NCBI GenBank assembly: GCA_040766655.1
Contig: JAXGQB010000006.1
Location: 149,562 to 213,561, forward strand
Source of the DNA: Anaerolineae bacterium
GTDB taxonomy: Bacteria > Chloroflexota > Anaerolineae > CG2-30-64-16
Length of the DNA: 64,000 nucleotides
Reading direction: 5' to 3'
This document shows positions 9,438 through 18,059 of this stretch, piece after piece; the first letter of the stretch is position 1, and each line of letters begins with the position of its first letter. Position numbers and translations under genes: made by a program. The notes under the pieces were generated by a model, which worked only from the letters and a program-made list of their open reading frames with translations, searched no databases and had not been told where the DNA came from.

Positions 9438-10517
9438 ATGGTCCGAATTTTCGACATCGTTGAGGCGCCCGATCAGGGCCTTAACCAGATGGTCTACCGC
9501 GTGCCGTCCACCGGCAGCGGCGACTTTCGCATCGGCTCGCAGGTTGTGGTGCGCGAGAGCCAGGCTGCTGTGTTCTTCCGCGACGGCAAGGCGCTGGACG
9601 TGTTCGGCCCTGGCCGGCACACCATCACGACCGCGAACATCCCCCTGCTCGTCAATTTGCTCGGTCTTGCCTTCCGCGGGCAAACGCCCTTCAAGGCGGA
9701 AGTCTACTTCGTCAACATGCGCGACTTCATCGACATGAAGTGGGGCACGCCCGAGCCGATTACCCTGCGTGACAAGGAGCTCGGGTACGCCCGCGTGCGC
9801 GCGAACGGCCGCTACTCGATGGCGATCGAGGAGCCCCAGATGTTCGTGGCCAAGATCGTCGGCACGCAGGGGCTCTACACGACGAATCAGATCGAGGACT
9901 ATCTGCGCAGCATCATCATCAGCCGGCTGACGGACATGTTGGGCGAGTTGGGCGCGAGCCTCTTCGACCTGCCCGCCATGTTCGACGAGCTCAGCGCGGG
10001 GATCAAGGCGAAGGTGATCGAGGACTTCGCGCAGCTGGGCATCCAGCTCAAGCAGATGTTCCTGGCAAGCGTGAGTCCCACCGAGGAGACTCAGAAGGCG
10101 ATCGACGAGCGCGCGGCCATGGGCGCGATCGGCGACATGCAGAAGTATCTCCAGTACCAGGCAGCCAAGTCGATGCGCGAGGCGGCTGGTCAGGGCGGCG
10201 GCGGCGAGGCCGGCAGCGCAGCGGGGACCGGCGTGGGCCTGGGCGCAGGCTTCGGCCTGGGCGCAGGCATGGCCGGCATGATCGGGCAGGCGATGTCCGG
10301 CACGTTCCAGGGCGGCGGCGGACAGGCGCAGGCGCCTGCCGGCGGCGGCGCGGTCGTTGTCCCCGAGGTGATGAACCTGGCGGAGGCCGCGGCGTACCTG
10401 CGGGTCAGCGCAGACGACATCCAGGCGCTGATCACCTCCGGCGAGGTGAAGGCGAAGAAGATCGGTTCAGAGTATCGCGTCAGCAAGAAGGCACTGGACG
10501 CGTTCCTGTCCGACTAA
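9438..10517 (+). CDS. SPFH/Band-7 protein of the YdjI / 'virion core protein-like' (COG4260) type, with a Gly-rich linker and a C-terminal excisionase-type HTH
   Basis: AGGAGG precedes the ATG. N-terminal MVYRVP...VVVRESQAAVFFRDGKALDVFGPGRHTITTANIPLL...PFKAEVYFVNMRDFIDMKWGTPEPITLRD matches my recollection of the COG4260 family. The C-terminal LAEAAAYLRVSADDIQALITSGEVKAKKIGSEYRVSKKALDAFL resembles an HTH_17/excisionase motif. Confidence 0.85.
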   Translation: MVRIFDIVEAPDQGLNQMVYRVPSTGSGDFRIGSQVVVRESQAAVFFRDGKALDVFGPGRHTITTANIPLLVNLLGLAFRGQTPFKAEVYFVNMRDFIDMKWGTPEPITLRDKELGYARVRANGRYSMAIEEPQMFVAKIVGTQGLYTTNQIEDYLRSIIISRLTDMLGELGASLFDLPAMFDELSAGIKAKVIEDFAQLGIQLKQMFLASVSPTEETQKAIDERAAMGAIGDMQKYLQYQAAKSMREAAGQGGGGEAGSAAGTGVGLGAGFGLGAGMAGMIGQAMSGTFQGGGGQAQAPAGGGAVVVPEVMNLAEAAAYLRVSADDIQALITSGEVKAKKIGSEYRVSKKALDAFLSD

Positions 10518-10544
10518 GGCAATTCGGAACTCACCATGAAATGG

Positions 10545-10576
10545 CCCGCCTGGCGATTGTCAGGCGGGTTATTTTT
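10545..10576. terminator. Intrinsic terminator between convergent genes
   Basis: Stem cccgcctg(10545-52)/caggcggg(10561-68), followed by ttattttt. Confidence 0.7.
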
Positions 10577-10590
10577 GTGATGAGCCCGTG

Positions 10591-13500
10591 TCACTGCGGC
10601 GGCTGTAATTTGGCCAGGCCGGTTTCGAGACGGGCGCGGGCGGCCAGCATGGTGCGGTCGCACTCGCCCGCTCGGGCAAAGGCAGCCTCGGCCTCGACCG
10701 TTTCTCCGCGGGCCAGGTGCGCTGCGGCCAGGGCGTACTGCGCCACAGGCGAGCGGGGCGTCAGGGCAACTGCTGCCTGCGCCTCTGCCAGCGCCGCGTC
10801 GAGTGCCGCGGCGGCTGCATCCGTGCTCTCCTGCCGGGCCAGGGCCAGGCTGCGACGCACGTGAAGGAGAACCGCTGCTCCGGCCGCGTTCTCGGCCGGC
10901 ATCCCTGCGAGGTAGCGGGGAATCTGAGACAAACCTGCGTCGTACAACGCCAGCGCCGCCGCGGCATCGCCCGCGCGCAGCGCCAGGTCGCCCAGCCCTG
11001 CCGTTGCATCCGCGTTGGCATCATAGGCCGCGAGGGCCTGTTCGAACTCCCCGCGCGCAGCGAAGAGCCGTTCCTGGGCATAGTCGATCTGGCCCAGCGC
11101 GGTGTGGATCAGTGATGTGACATAACCGGCCGGCGCGCTGCCCGCCTCCAGGAGCTTCTGGTATGCTCGCTGCGCGTCGTCCCAGCGGTCCTGGCGGAAG
11201 AGGTGGTCCGCCACGGTCAGCTGCGCCAGCCACTCCTCCGCGGGCAGGGCAGCCAATTCTGTGTAGATGGCTTCGGCATCCTCGTCGCGGCCCTGCGCCT
11301 CGTACAGGCCCGCCAGACGCCCGCGATAGGCCGGCAGCAGGGCCGCTGCTGTCGCCATGGACTGCACGGCGGAGCTGATGCTGCATTGGCGATAGGCCGC
11401 ATCGGCCAGCCCTGCATGGGCCTCGGCGTTCTCCGCGTCGATGGCCAGGGCGGCCCGGTACGCTGCTTCAGCCTTGATCAACTCGCCGCGGCCGGCATAC
11501 AGCCCGCCCAGCCGGACCTGGTATCGGGGCTCCACCGGATCGAGGCTGGCCGCCCGTTCGTACTCGGTAATGGCTGCCGCCGTGTCCCCGGTCTGCTGAT
11601 AAATGGCGGCCAACTGGCCGCGCACCAGCGCATCGTCTTCGATTGCGACGGCACGCTCGAAGGCGTCGATGGCTGCCTCAAACTGGCCCTGCTGCTGGTA
11701 GGCCGCGCCCAGGCTCTGCCAGGCCCACCGGCTTTCGGGATCCAGTGCTGCAGCGGCCCGATAGTGACCGATCGCTTGCTCCACCTGGCCGAGCTGCGTT
11801 CGGGCCATGCCCGCTACAATCCGCGTGCCGGCATCGTCCTGCAGGGTCAGCGCCGCCTCGTAGGCCTCGGCCGCCTCTTGCCAGCGCTGCAAGGCCAGGC
11901 AGACGTCCCCCAGCAGGCCCTGCGCATCGGCCTCGCCGGGCGCCAGGCGCACCAGTGCCTGGGCCGGCGCCAGGGCGGCCTCGGCGTCGTCCAGATCCAG
12001 CTGGACGCGGCCCAACAGGCGCTGCGCCTCGACCATGTCCGGGTTCCGGGCCACGGCTTCCTGCGCGGCACGGGCCGCTGCAGCGGAGTCGTCCAGCTGA
12101 TAGCGCAGGCTGGCTAACACGTACCAGACGTCGGCGTCGGTCGCGTCCAGCGCCAGCGCCGACTCGTAGGACGCGGCGGCCCTGGCCAGGTCCCCCTGGT
12201 CGAAGTACAGCCCGCCCAGCAGCAGATGCGGTGCCGCATCGCACTCTGACAGCCCGGCTGCCGTCTCCTGCGCGGCAATGGCCCCCTGCAAGTCGCCCCG
12301 CTCCGCAAGAACCAGCCCGATGAGCAGCGGCGCCGCGGGGTCCTGCGGCGCCAACGCGGCTGCCTGGCGATATTCGACCAGGGCCCGATCGGACAGGCCC
12401 TGCCAGTAGTAAGCGTTGCCGAGTCCGCGATGCGGTGCGGCCGCTTCGGGCTTAACGGACGCGGCAGACTGGTATGCTGCGATGGCCTCTGCATACTGGC
12501 CGGCGCCCACGCGCACGTCTCCGAGGGTCAGCTGGAGCGTATACTCGTCGCCGGTCTCGCCGGCCAGCGCGGACTGGAGCAAGGCCGCGGCCTGATGGCT
12601 CGCCTCGGCGGAGTCGGCATCGTGGCCCAGCGCCGTGTGGGCAGCTGCCAGCAGGTGCAGCACCAGGGGATCCTGGTCGCCGCCCTGCGCACTGTGGCGC
12701 AGCGCATCCTGCAGCGCGGCCAGAGCGTCCTCTGCTCGGCCGGCCTCAAGATAGAGGCTGCCGAGCAGGCGGTGGGCTTGAGCGTACTCCGGCTGGAGAC
12801 GGACAGCTGTTTCGGCTTCGGACACAGCCTGCGCCAGACTGTCCGGACCGGCGCAGCCGCCCGCGTAGGCGATGGCCAGGTTGTAGTGCGCCTGCATGAA
12901 CGCAGGGTCGATCTCGATCGCCCTCTTAAGATCCGCGATGGCCTCAGCCTCCCGGCCCAAGGCGTGCAGCGTGACGGATCGCTCGAAGTAGACCCGCTCC
13001 ATGCCGTCCAGCGCGGCGCCTCCGGCGGGTGCGTTGGCCAGGGATCTGTCGAAGAGGGCCAGCGCGTCGTCGTGCTGGCCCTCGGCAAGGAGGCCCGTGG
13101 CAAGAATCGCCGCCACCACGTAGGTGATCTGCTCTGCGCCGTGGGCAGCGAACAACTCGAGGTCGGTCGTCGCCAGGGGTGCGCGGGTCAGGTTGGAGAG
13201 GTCGCTCACCCGGGAGGGCGTAGCGGGCGCGGCCCCGAGCCCGGCCCCGAGCCCGGCCGGACGCACCGTGTTCAGCACGAGCCGCGGGATGCTCGCTTCT
13301 GCCTCTGCCACCGGCTCGCGCAGCAGCTCCACGTGTGGGGTGACGCCGAAATCGTCGTAGGCGCCCCAGATGACCATCGCGGCCTGCCGCTTGCGGCCCG
13401 CGCCCCGGGCCGTCTCTGCATCGGAATAGGTCTCCAGCGAACGCTCGATCGAGACACCGGCCTCGATGCCGCTCAATTGGTCGACCAGCTCTGAGCCGAT

Positions 13501-14079
13501 GCGCTGGGCGAAATCGCCCTTCCTTGCCGCACGAGTGCCATCGAAATCTGCGATGAGCACCAGAAAGCCATCCGGCGGCCGCAGCGTCCGGTAGGCCGAC
13601 AGGCCTCCCCAGCCCAGCCCGACCAACACGATGGCCAACAGCAGCGCGATGGCCTGGCGCCGCCGTCGGCGCACGGGTGTGCGCAGCGCGATCCTCGCCG
13701 AGAGCAGCGCACCGCCGGCCAGCAGCGCCGCGATCAGGAACGGCAGCGCTCGCCCCAACATGGCAACGGGGCGGGAGATCAGGTCGACCGCACCGATTAG
13801 AAGCTGCAGGCTTGCCAGCAAGATCCCGAACGCACCCATGGCTGCAGCCAGCCGGCCGCGCAGCTCGGCGGGCGTCTTCTCTACGTCAGTGACCTGCTTG
13901 CCGACCAGGGGTGCGAAGATGCCGGCCACCTTGAGCAGGCCGGCCAGCCAGCCGCCTCCGCCATCGGGTTTCGGAGGAGGGGCCTGCGGGGTGGGGGGCG
14001 GCCCGACAGGAGCCGCAGATGTGTGCGCTGCGGTCTCCGGGTCGTTTGCGTCCTTCGTAGGGTCGGCTTGGCCGGACAT
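10591..14079 (-). CDS. Large membrane-anchored TPR-repeat protein
   Basis: Start was moved to MSGQADPT (ATG ending at 14079), 7 nt after AAGGAGG. TM helices lie near the N-terminus, followed by >20 TPR-like A..Y..AL..(D/N)P units. Confidence 0.85.
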   Translation of the reverse strand: MSGQADPTKDANDPETAAHTSAAPVGPPPTPQAPPPKPDGGGGWLAGLLKVAGIFAPLVGKQVTDVEKTPAELRGRLAAAMGAFGILLASLQLLIGAVDLISRPVAMLGRALPFLIAALLAGGALLSARIALRTPVRRRRRQAIALLLAIVLVGLGWGGLSAYRTLRPPDGFLVLIADFDGTRAARKGDFAQRIGSELVDQLSGIEAGVSIERSLETYSDAETARGAGRKRQAAMVIWGAYDDFGVTPHVELLREPVAEAEASIPRLVLNTVRPAGLGAGLGAAPATPSRVSDLSNLTRAPLATTDLELFAAHGAEQITYVVAAILATGLLAEGQHDDALALFDRSLANAPAGGAALDGMERVYFERSVTLHALGREAEAIADLKRAIEIDPAFMQAHYNLAIAYAGGCAGPDSLAQAVSEAETAVRLQPEYAQAHRLLGSLYLEAGRAEDALAALQDALRHSAQGGDQDPLVLHLLAAAHTALGHDADSAEASHQAAALLQSALAGETGDEYTLQLTLGDVRVGAGQYAEAIAAYQSAASVKPEAAAPHRGLGNAYYWQGLSDRALVEYRQAAALAPQDPAAPLLIGLVLAERGDLQGAIAAQETAAGLSECDAAPHLLLGGLYFDQGDLARAAASYESALALDATDADVWYVLASLRYQLDDSAAAARAAQEAVARNPDMVEAQRLLGRVQLDLDDAEAALAPAQALVRLAPGEADAQGLLGDVCLALQRWQEAAEAYEAALTLQDDAGTRIVAGMARTQLGQVEQAIGHYRAAAALDPESRWAWQSLGAAYQQQGQFEAAIDAFERAVAIEDDALVRGQLAAIYQQTGDTAAAITEYERAASLDPVEPRYQVRLGGLYAGRGELIKAEAAYRAALAIDAENAEAHAGLADAAYRQCSISSAVQSMATAAALLPAYRGRLAGLYEAQGRDEDAEAIYTELAALPAEEWLAQLTVADHLFRQDRWDDAQRAYQKLLEAGSAPAGYVTSLIHTALGQIDYAQERLFAARGEFEQALAAYDANADATAGLGDLALRAGDAAAALALYDAGLSQIPRYLAGMPAENAAGAAVLLHVRRSLALARQESTDAAAAALDAALAEAQAAVALTPRSPVAQYALAAAHLARGETVEAEAAFARAGECDRTMLAARARLETGLAKLQPPQ

Positions 14080-14359
14080 GGTTGGCACGCCTCCTTTGTC
14101 GGGTGGCGACAGAGCGAGGACGGCACATCGCCCCTCGGGCAACTCGTCACACGCGTGACTCCATTGTACGCAACTTTGCTGGCCTTACAAGCGCCGTTGG
14201 ATCCGGGCGCATCCATGGCGGTGCGCTGGGACGACGACGTGCTCGTGGCAGGACTATGGGACCTGGCCACGTTCCTGCGCCATGTGTGCGGAACTTGCCC
14301 CTGGCGCATCTCATGCTATGCTGTGGTTGTCAACGATCGCATCTCGATGGAGGGTGCAT

Positions 14360-15286
14360 ATGAGTTACAACGACGTCTGGTCCCTGGCCAGGAAGGCCTG
14401 GCTCGCGCTCACGGCTCACTATGGGCCTGCGATCGACCGTGCGGCAGAGGAGCACGGCATACCACTGGGCGAATGGTACGGCTGGCTCATGGCGGCGCGC
14501 ATCTTCGAGCCCGATCCCGTCTCATCAACCCGCCTCAAGATCCGCTCGGCCTACACCGCCCTGCCCAGGCTGGAGGCAGACCTTGCCAAGGGCGTGCAGC
14601 TGGGACTCCTGGAGCCTGCGGGCCATGGCGCGGCGCTGCCCGGCGCTGGTGGTGAGTATTACCTGACCCGGCAGGGTCATCGAGCGGTTCAGCATCTCAT
14701 CGATACGGCGTACGCCGCCATGGCGGACCTGCGTCCTCTGCCGGACGACGACCTGCAGCGGCTGGCAGGGCTGCTATGGCAGTTGGTCGAGGCCAGCCTG
14801 GCCGCGCCCGAGCCGCCGGGAAAGTGGTGTCTCCGCATCGCCCGCCATTTCGACCCCGGCGCGGGCGCGCCGGTGGTGGTGCGCATCGATCAGTATCTCA
14901 GCGATCTCAAAGCCTATCGCGACGATGCTTTCCTGGCCGCCTGGCGCCCTCACGGCGTGACGGGGCAGGCGTGGGAGGCGTTCACCCTGCTCTGGCGCGG
15001 CGCAGCGGCCACCCCTGACGAATTACTCGCCAGGCTGCCGTACCGGGGCTTCGGCCGCGGGGACTATGTTGACGCGCTGCAGGAGCTCATCGCGCGCGGC
15101 TGGGTGGCGGAGGACCAGGGGGTCTATTCCGTCACCGGGCCCGGCCTGGAGCTTCGCGAGGCCACCGAGGCGACCGCGGACCGCTATTTCTACGCGGCCT
15201 GGCAGCGCGTGAGCGACGCGGAGATCGACGAGCTTCGGGAACTGCTCGTGCGCTTTCGCGACGCGCTTGCTCCTGCACAGGTATGA
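14360..15286 (+). CDS. Hypothetical protein, possibly two MarR-like winged-helix modules
   Basis: ATG at 14360 lies after GGAGGG. YYLTRQGHRAVQHL and YSVTGPGLELREATEA resemble wHTH wing segments. The family call is weak. Confidence 0.55.
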   Translation: MSYNDVWSLARKAWLALTAHYGPAIDRAAEEHGIPLGEWYGWLMAARIFEPDPVSSTRLKIRSAYTALPRLEADLAKGVQLGLLEPAGHGAALPGAGGEYYLTRQGHRAVQHLIDTAYAAMADLRPLPDDDLQRLAGLLWQLVEASLAAPEPPGKWCLRIARHFDPGAGAPVVVRIDQYLSDLKAYRDDAFLAAWRPHGVTGQAWEAFTLLWRGAAATPDELLARLPYRGFGRGDYVDALQELIARGWVAEDQGVYSVTGPGLELREATEATADRYFYAAWQRVSDAEIDELRELLVRFRDALAPAQV

Positions 15287-15687
15287 CGGCCGACCAGTCG
15301 GCCGACCAGTCGTCTGACCAGTCGTCTGACCATGCGTTGGACGAGTTCTTCGCGGGGCGGGACGAGTCACGCCGCATCTTCGAGGCCGTGCGCCTGGCAA
15401 TAGCCGCCTTCGGACCCGCCGAGCTGCGCGTGACGAGGAGCCAGATCGCGTTCCGGCGGCGCACCGGCTTCGCGTACGTGTGGATGCCGGGCATGTATCT
15501 GCGGCACGCGGAAGTGCCGCTGGTGCTGACCGTGGGTTTGCGCCGGCACGACAACTCGCGGCGCTGGAAGCAGGTCGTCGAGCCTGCGCCTGGTCGCTTC
15601 ACGCACCATCTTGAACTGCGATCCCCTGCGGAGGTCGACGCGGAGGTGTCGTGTTGGTTGCAGGAGGCGTGGGAGGGCGGAGGCTGA
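15283..15687 (+). CDS. DUF5655-like small protein with N-terminal (A/S)DQS repeat
   Basis: An ATGA start/stop overlap links it to the upstream gene. The core FEAVRLAIAAFGPAELRVTRSQIAFRRRTGFAYVW resembles DUF5655 as I recall it. Confidence 0.6.
   Translation: MTADQSADQSSDQSSDHALDEFFAGRDESRRIFEAVRLAIAAFGPAELRVTRSQIAFRRRTGFAYVWMPGMYLRHAEVPLVLTVGLRRHDNSRRWKQVVEPAPGRFTHHLELRSPAEVDAEVSCWLQEAWEGGG
15289..15336 (+). repeat. 12-bp tandem repeat x4 (gccgaccagtcg / tctgaccagtcg)
   Basis: Four units read directly at 15289, 15301, 15313 and 15325; the last is degenerate. They encode ADQS-ADQS-SDQS-SDHA. Confidence 0.9.
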
Positions 15688-15742
15688 CCCACTCGTCCGC
15701 CAATCGGGCCAAGACGTGGGGTCAATAGTGTCCAAATCGGTG

Positions 15743-15790
15743 TATAATGAGTGCCTGGCGACGCCGCGCGGGCGTCGTCAGGCGTCGTGA
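15743..15790 (+). promoter_or_regulatory. Perfect TATAAT -10 box followed by a leader hairpin with a duplicated 3' arm
   Basis: TATAAT lies at 15743-15748. The 5' arm cctggcgacgcc (15754-65) can pair with ggcgtcgtcagg (15771-82). The 3' arm is directly repeated (ggcgtcgtca / ggcgtcgtga), just upstream of the SD GGGAGGG. Confidence 0.35.
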
Positions 15791-15812
15791 CACCAGGGAG
15801 GGTGAGCAGATC

Positions 15813-16229
15813 ATGGATCGTCATCGCCGTCTCCTTAAGATCCTGGCCGTAGTGGGCGCCATTTTGGCGTGGTTTCCCCTGTTTGCGACCGTCGCGACAT
15901 CTATCATCGGAAGTATCTCGGCCCGGACGTTCCTCTTCGACTTCCTGATGCCGGCAGAACTCGGTCTTTTCGCCTTTGCCGGCGGCCTGCTGCTCCTGCT
16001 GGTCGCGCTCCTTGCGCGCTCCCGGCGCCTTCTGATCGGCGGCAGCCTTGTCGCAGCATTCGTCCTGCTGGTCGGGGGCCAGGCGTTGGCCGTTGCCACG
16101 GGGCTCGCGTCCGGTGCGCGGGAGGCCTCGGGCTGGCCCTGGATCCTGGTCATCGCATCGCTGGCCCTCTATGCGCTGGCGGTCCTGGTGTTGGCTGTGG
16201 CCGGGGTGCAGTTGGTTCGGGATCTGTAG
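15813..16229 (+). CDS. Small 4-TM membrane protein
   Basis: ATG at 15813 lies after GGGAGGGTGAG. The protein has four hydrophobic helices and no family motif. Confidence 0.6.
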   Translation: MDRHRRLLKILAVVGAILAWFPLFATVATSIIGSISARTFLFDFLMPAELGLFAFAGGLLLLLVALLARSRRLLIGGSLVAAFVLLVGGQALAVATGLASGAREASGWPWILVIASLALYALAVLVLAVAGVQLVRDL

Positions 16230-16258
16230 TCCCGATGGCGTAGTGGAAAGGCCGGTAG

Positions 16259-17362
16259 ATGACGACGACGGACGTGACGGTGATCGAGGAGACGCGCACG
16301 CGCGAGAAGCCGCGCGCCAAGCGCCATCCGCGGCTTGCGGTCGACAAGGCGGCACTGAAAAAGCTGCGCCTGGTCGCAGTGGCCTACTCACACGTGAAGA
16401 GCGCGTGGTTTCCCACCCCGGAGGCCTACGAGGCCGAGGTGGAGGTGGAACAGCGCGCGAAGGATGTCGTGCTGGCCCTGAAGAAGCTCGGGGTGAAGGC
16501 CAAGGCCTACCGGGCCGATCGCTACTTCATGGCGAAGCTGCTGGTCGACCAGCCAGACCTCGTCCTGAACTTGGTCGACACGCTGCGCGGCAGCGACGCG
16601 CTGCAGACCTCCATCCCGGGCGCGTTGGAGTTGACCGGCATTCCATACACCGGCGCCGGCATGCGCGGCCTCGTGGTGGGGAACGACCGCAACCTGGTCA
16701 AGGAGCTGTTTGACGCGAACAACATCCCAACGCCGGACTTTCAGTTCGTCACGCGCCGCGGCACGCCCATCCGCGAAGACCTCGGTCTTCCCCTCATCGT
16801 CAAGCTCAACGAAAGCGGCGGCAGCGTCGGCATCGACAATGCAGCCGTGAAGGAGAGCTATGAGGATGCCCAACAGCAGGCCACATTCCTGATCGAGACC
16901 TACAAGATGCCGGTCGTGGTGGAGCGGTTCATCGAAGGCCCCGAGATCACGGCCGTCGCGTTCGACGACGGAGTGCGCACGCACGTTTTTTGCGGTGAAA
17001 AGGTGTTCAAGGAGAGCGAGGACCGCAAGTATCTCTTCACCAGCTTCGAGAGCTACAACGACGCGGACTGCTATCACTACACCGAGGCCGATCCTGAGGT
17101 GGTCGAAGCCGTCACCGGGCACGTGGTGCGCGCATTTGAGGTGCTGCGCTGCCGGGACTATGCCAAATTTGATGTGCGCATCGACGCCACGACATGGATA
17201 CCCTACTTCACCGATGCCAACCCCAACACCGCCTTCGGCCCCGGTCCGGGTCTCCCGATGACCGAGGTGCTGGCACTTCACGGCGTGAAGTTCCAGAAGG
17301 TACTCGCGAGCCTGATGAGCAAACATGCCCGCCGTATCCACAGCCCAGCGAAGACCCTGTAA
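16259..17362 (+). CDS. ATP-grasp enzyme of the D-alanine--D-alanine ligase family
   Basis: Ddl-like layout: LRLVAVAYSH..., GIPYTGAG, K..LF....IPTP.F, LPLIVKLNESGGSVGID, ERFIEGPEITAV. Confidence 0.75.
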   Translation: MTTTDVTVIEETRTREKPRAKRHPRLAVDKAALKKLRLVAVAYSHVKSAWFPTPEAYEAEVEVEQRAKDVVLALKKLGVKAKAYRADRYFMAKLLVDQPDLVLNLVDTLRGSDALQTSIPGALELTGIPYTGAGMRGLVVGNDRNLVKELFDANNIPTPDFQFVTRRGTPIREDLGLPLIVKLNESGGSVGIDNAAVKESYEDAQQQATFLIETYKMPVVVERFIEGPEITAVAFDDGVRTHVFCGEKVFKESEDRKYLFTSFESYNDADCYHYTEADPEVVEAVTGHVVRAFEVLRCRDYAKFDVRIDATTWIPYFTDANPNTAFGPGPGLPMTEVLALHGVKFQKVLASLMSKHARRIHSPAKTL

Positions 17363-17954
17363 GCCGCTGGCACTGCCGCGCATCTGCCAGATATCTGAAT
17401 ATCACTGCGGCCCAGCCGTGCTGCAGATTCTCCTCAGCCAGTGTGGGGTGTCTGCAGACCAGCAGCGCCTGACCGAGCTGGCCGACATGGCTGCAACGAT
17501 CGCGGCCTATGGCGCGCGCGTCGATCAACTCGCGCGCGCGGTGGCGTGGCTGCGCGAGGGCGTGCGCCTGTGGTTCAAGACGAACGCCACGGAAGACGAC
17601 CTGGTCGCGGTCGTGTGCCGCCGGGGCTGGGCGGCCGGCGTGGAGTGGCAAGGGCTCTTCGAGGAGAGCGAGGAGGATGAGGATTTCGCAGAGGGCGACT
17701 ACGGCCACTACAGCGTCGTGACGCGCATCGATCGCGCGCGCGGACTGATCACGCTGCGCGATCCTTACCCGGATTTCTGTCGTGAGGATCGGGTATTCCC
17801 CCTGGACTGGTTCATCGGCCGCTGGTGGGACGTCAACCTGGCGCCCGCACCGGGGACCGGCCGGCTGCGTCCGATCGAGGACCGGCGGATGTTGTTCGTC
17901 GTTACGGGGAAGCGGGCGCGATTTCCCCGTGCGTTGGGCATGGTCCAGGGATAA
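17325..17954 (+). CDS. C39-like / papain-fold cysteine peptidase-domain protein
   Basis: QISEYHCGPAVLQILL supplies a catalytic-Cys context and GDYGHYSVV a catalytic-His context. The only in-frame start upstream of the Cys is the ATG at 17325, which overlaps the ATP-grasp gene by 38 nt. Confidence 0.6.
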   Translation: MPAVSTAQRRPCKPLALPRICQISEYHCGPAVLQILLSQCGVSADQQRLTELADMAATIAAYGARVDQLARAVAWLREGVRLWFKTNATEDDLVAVVCRRGWAAGVEWQGLFEESEEDEDFAEGDYGHYSVVTRIDRARGLITLRDPYPDFCREDRVFPLDWFIGRWWDVNLAPAPGTGRLRPIEDRRMLFVVTGKRARFPRALGMVQG

Positions 17955-18059
17955 GGGCACTGCCGTTATCACACACCTGCCTTAATGCGCCCTGTAATCT
18001 GCGTGTGCAATAGTGAACCGGTTATTTTGATTCTGTCGGTCGTCATTCAGGAGGACAAG

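Noticed and set aside
10717-13494. Several 100-350-aa plus-strand ORFs opposite the TPR gene
   Set aside because: These are shadow ORFs. The TPR frame has repeat periodicity, an SD and a GC3 bias, and the plus-strand ORFs do not.
15132-17383. Minus-strand ORFs of 419 aa and 331 aa
   Set aside because: They lie antisense to the DUF5655-like, membrane and ATP-grasp genes. No SD and no motifs.
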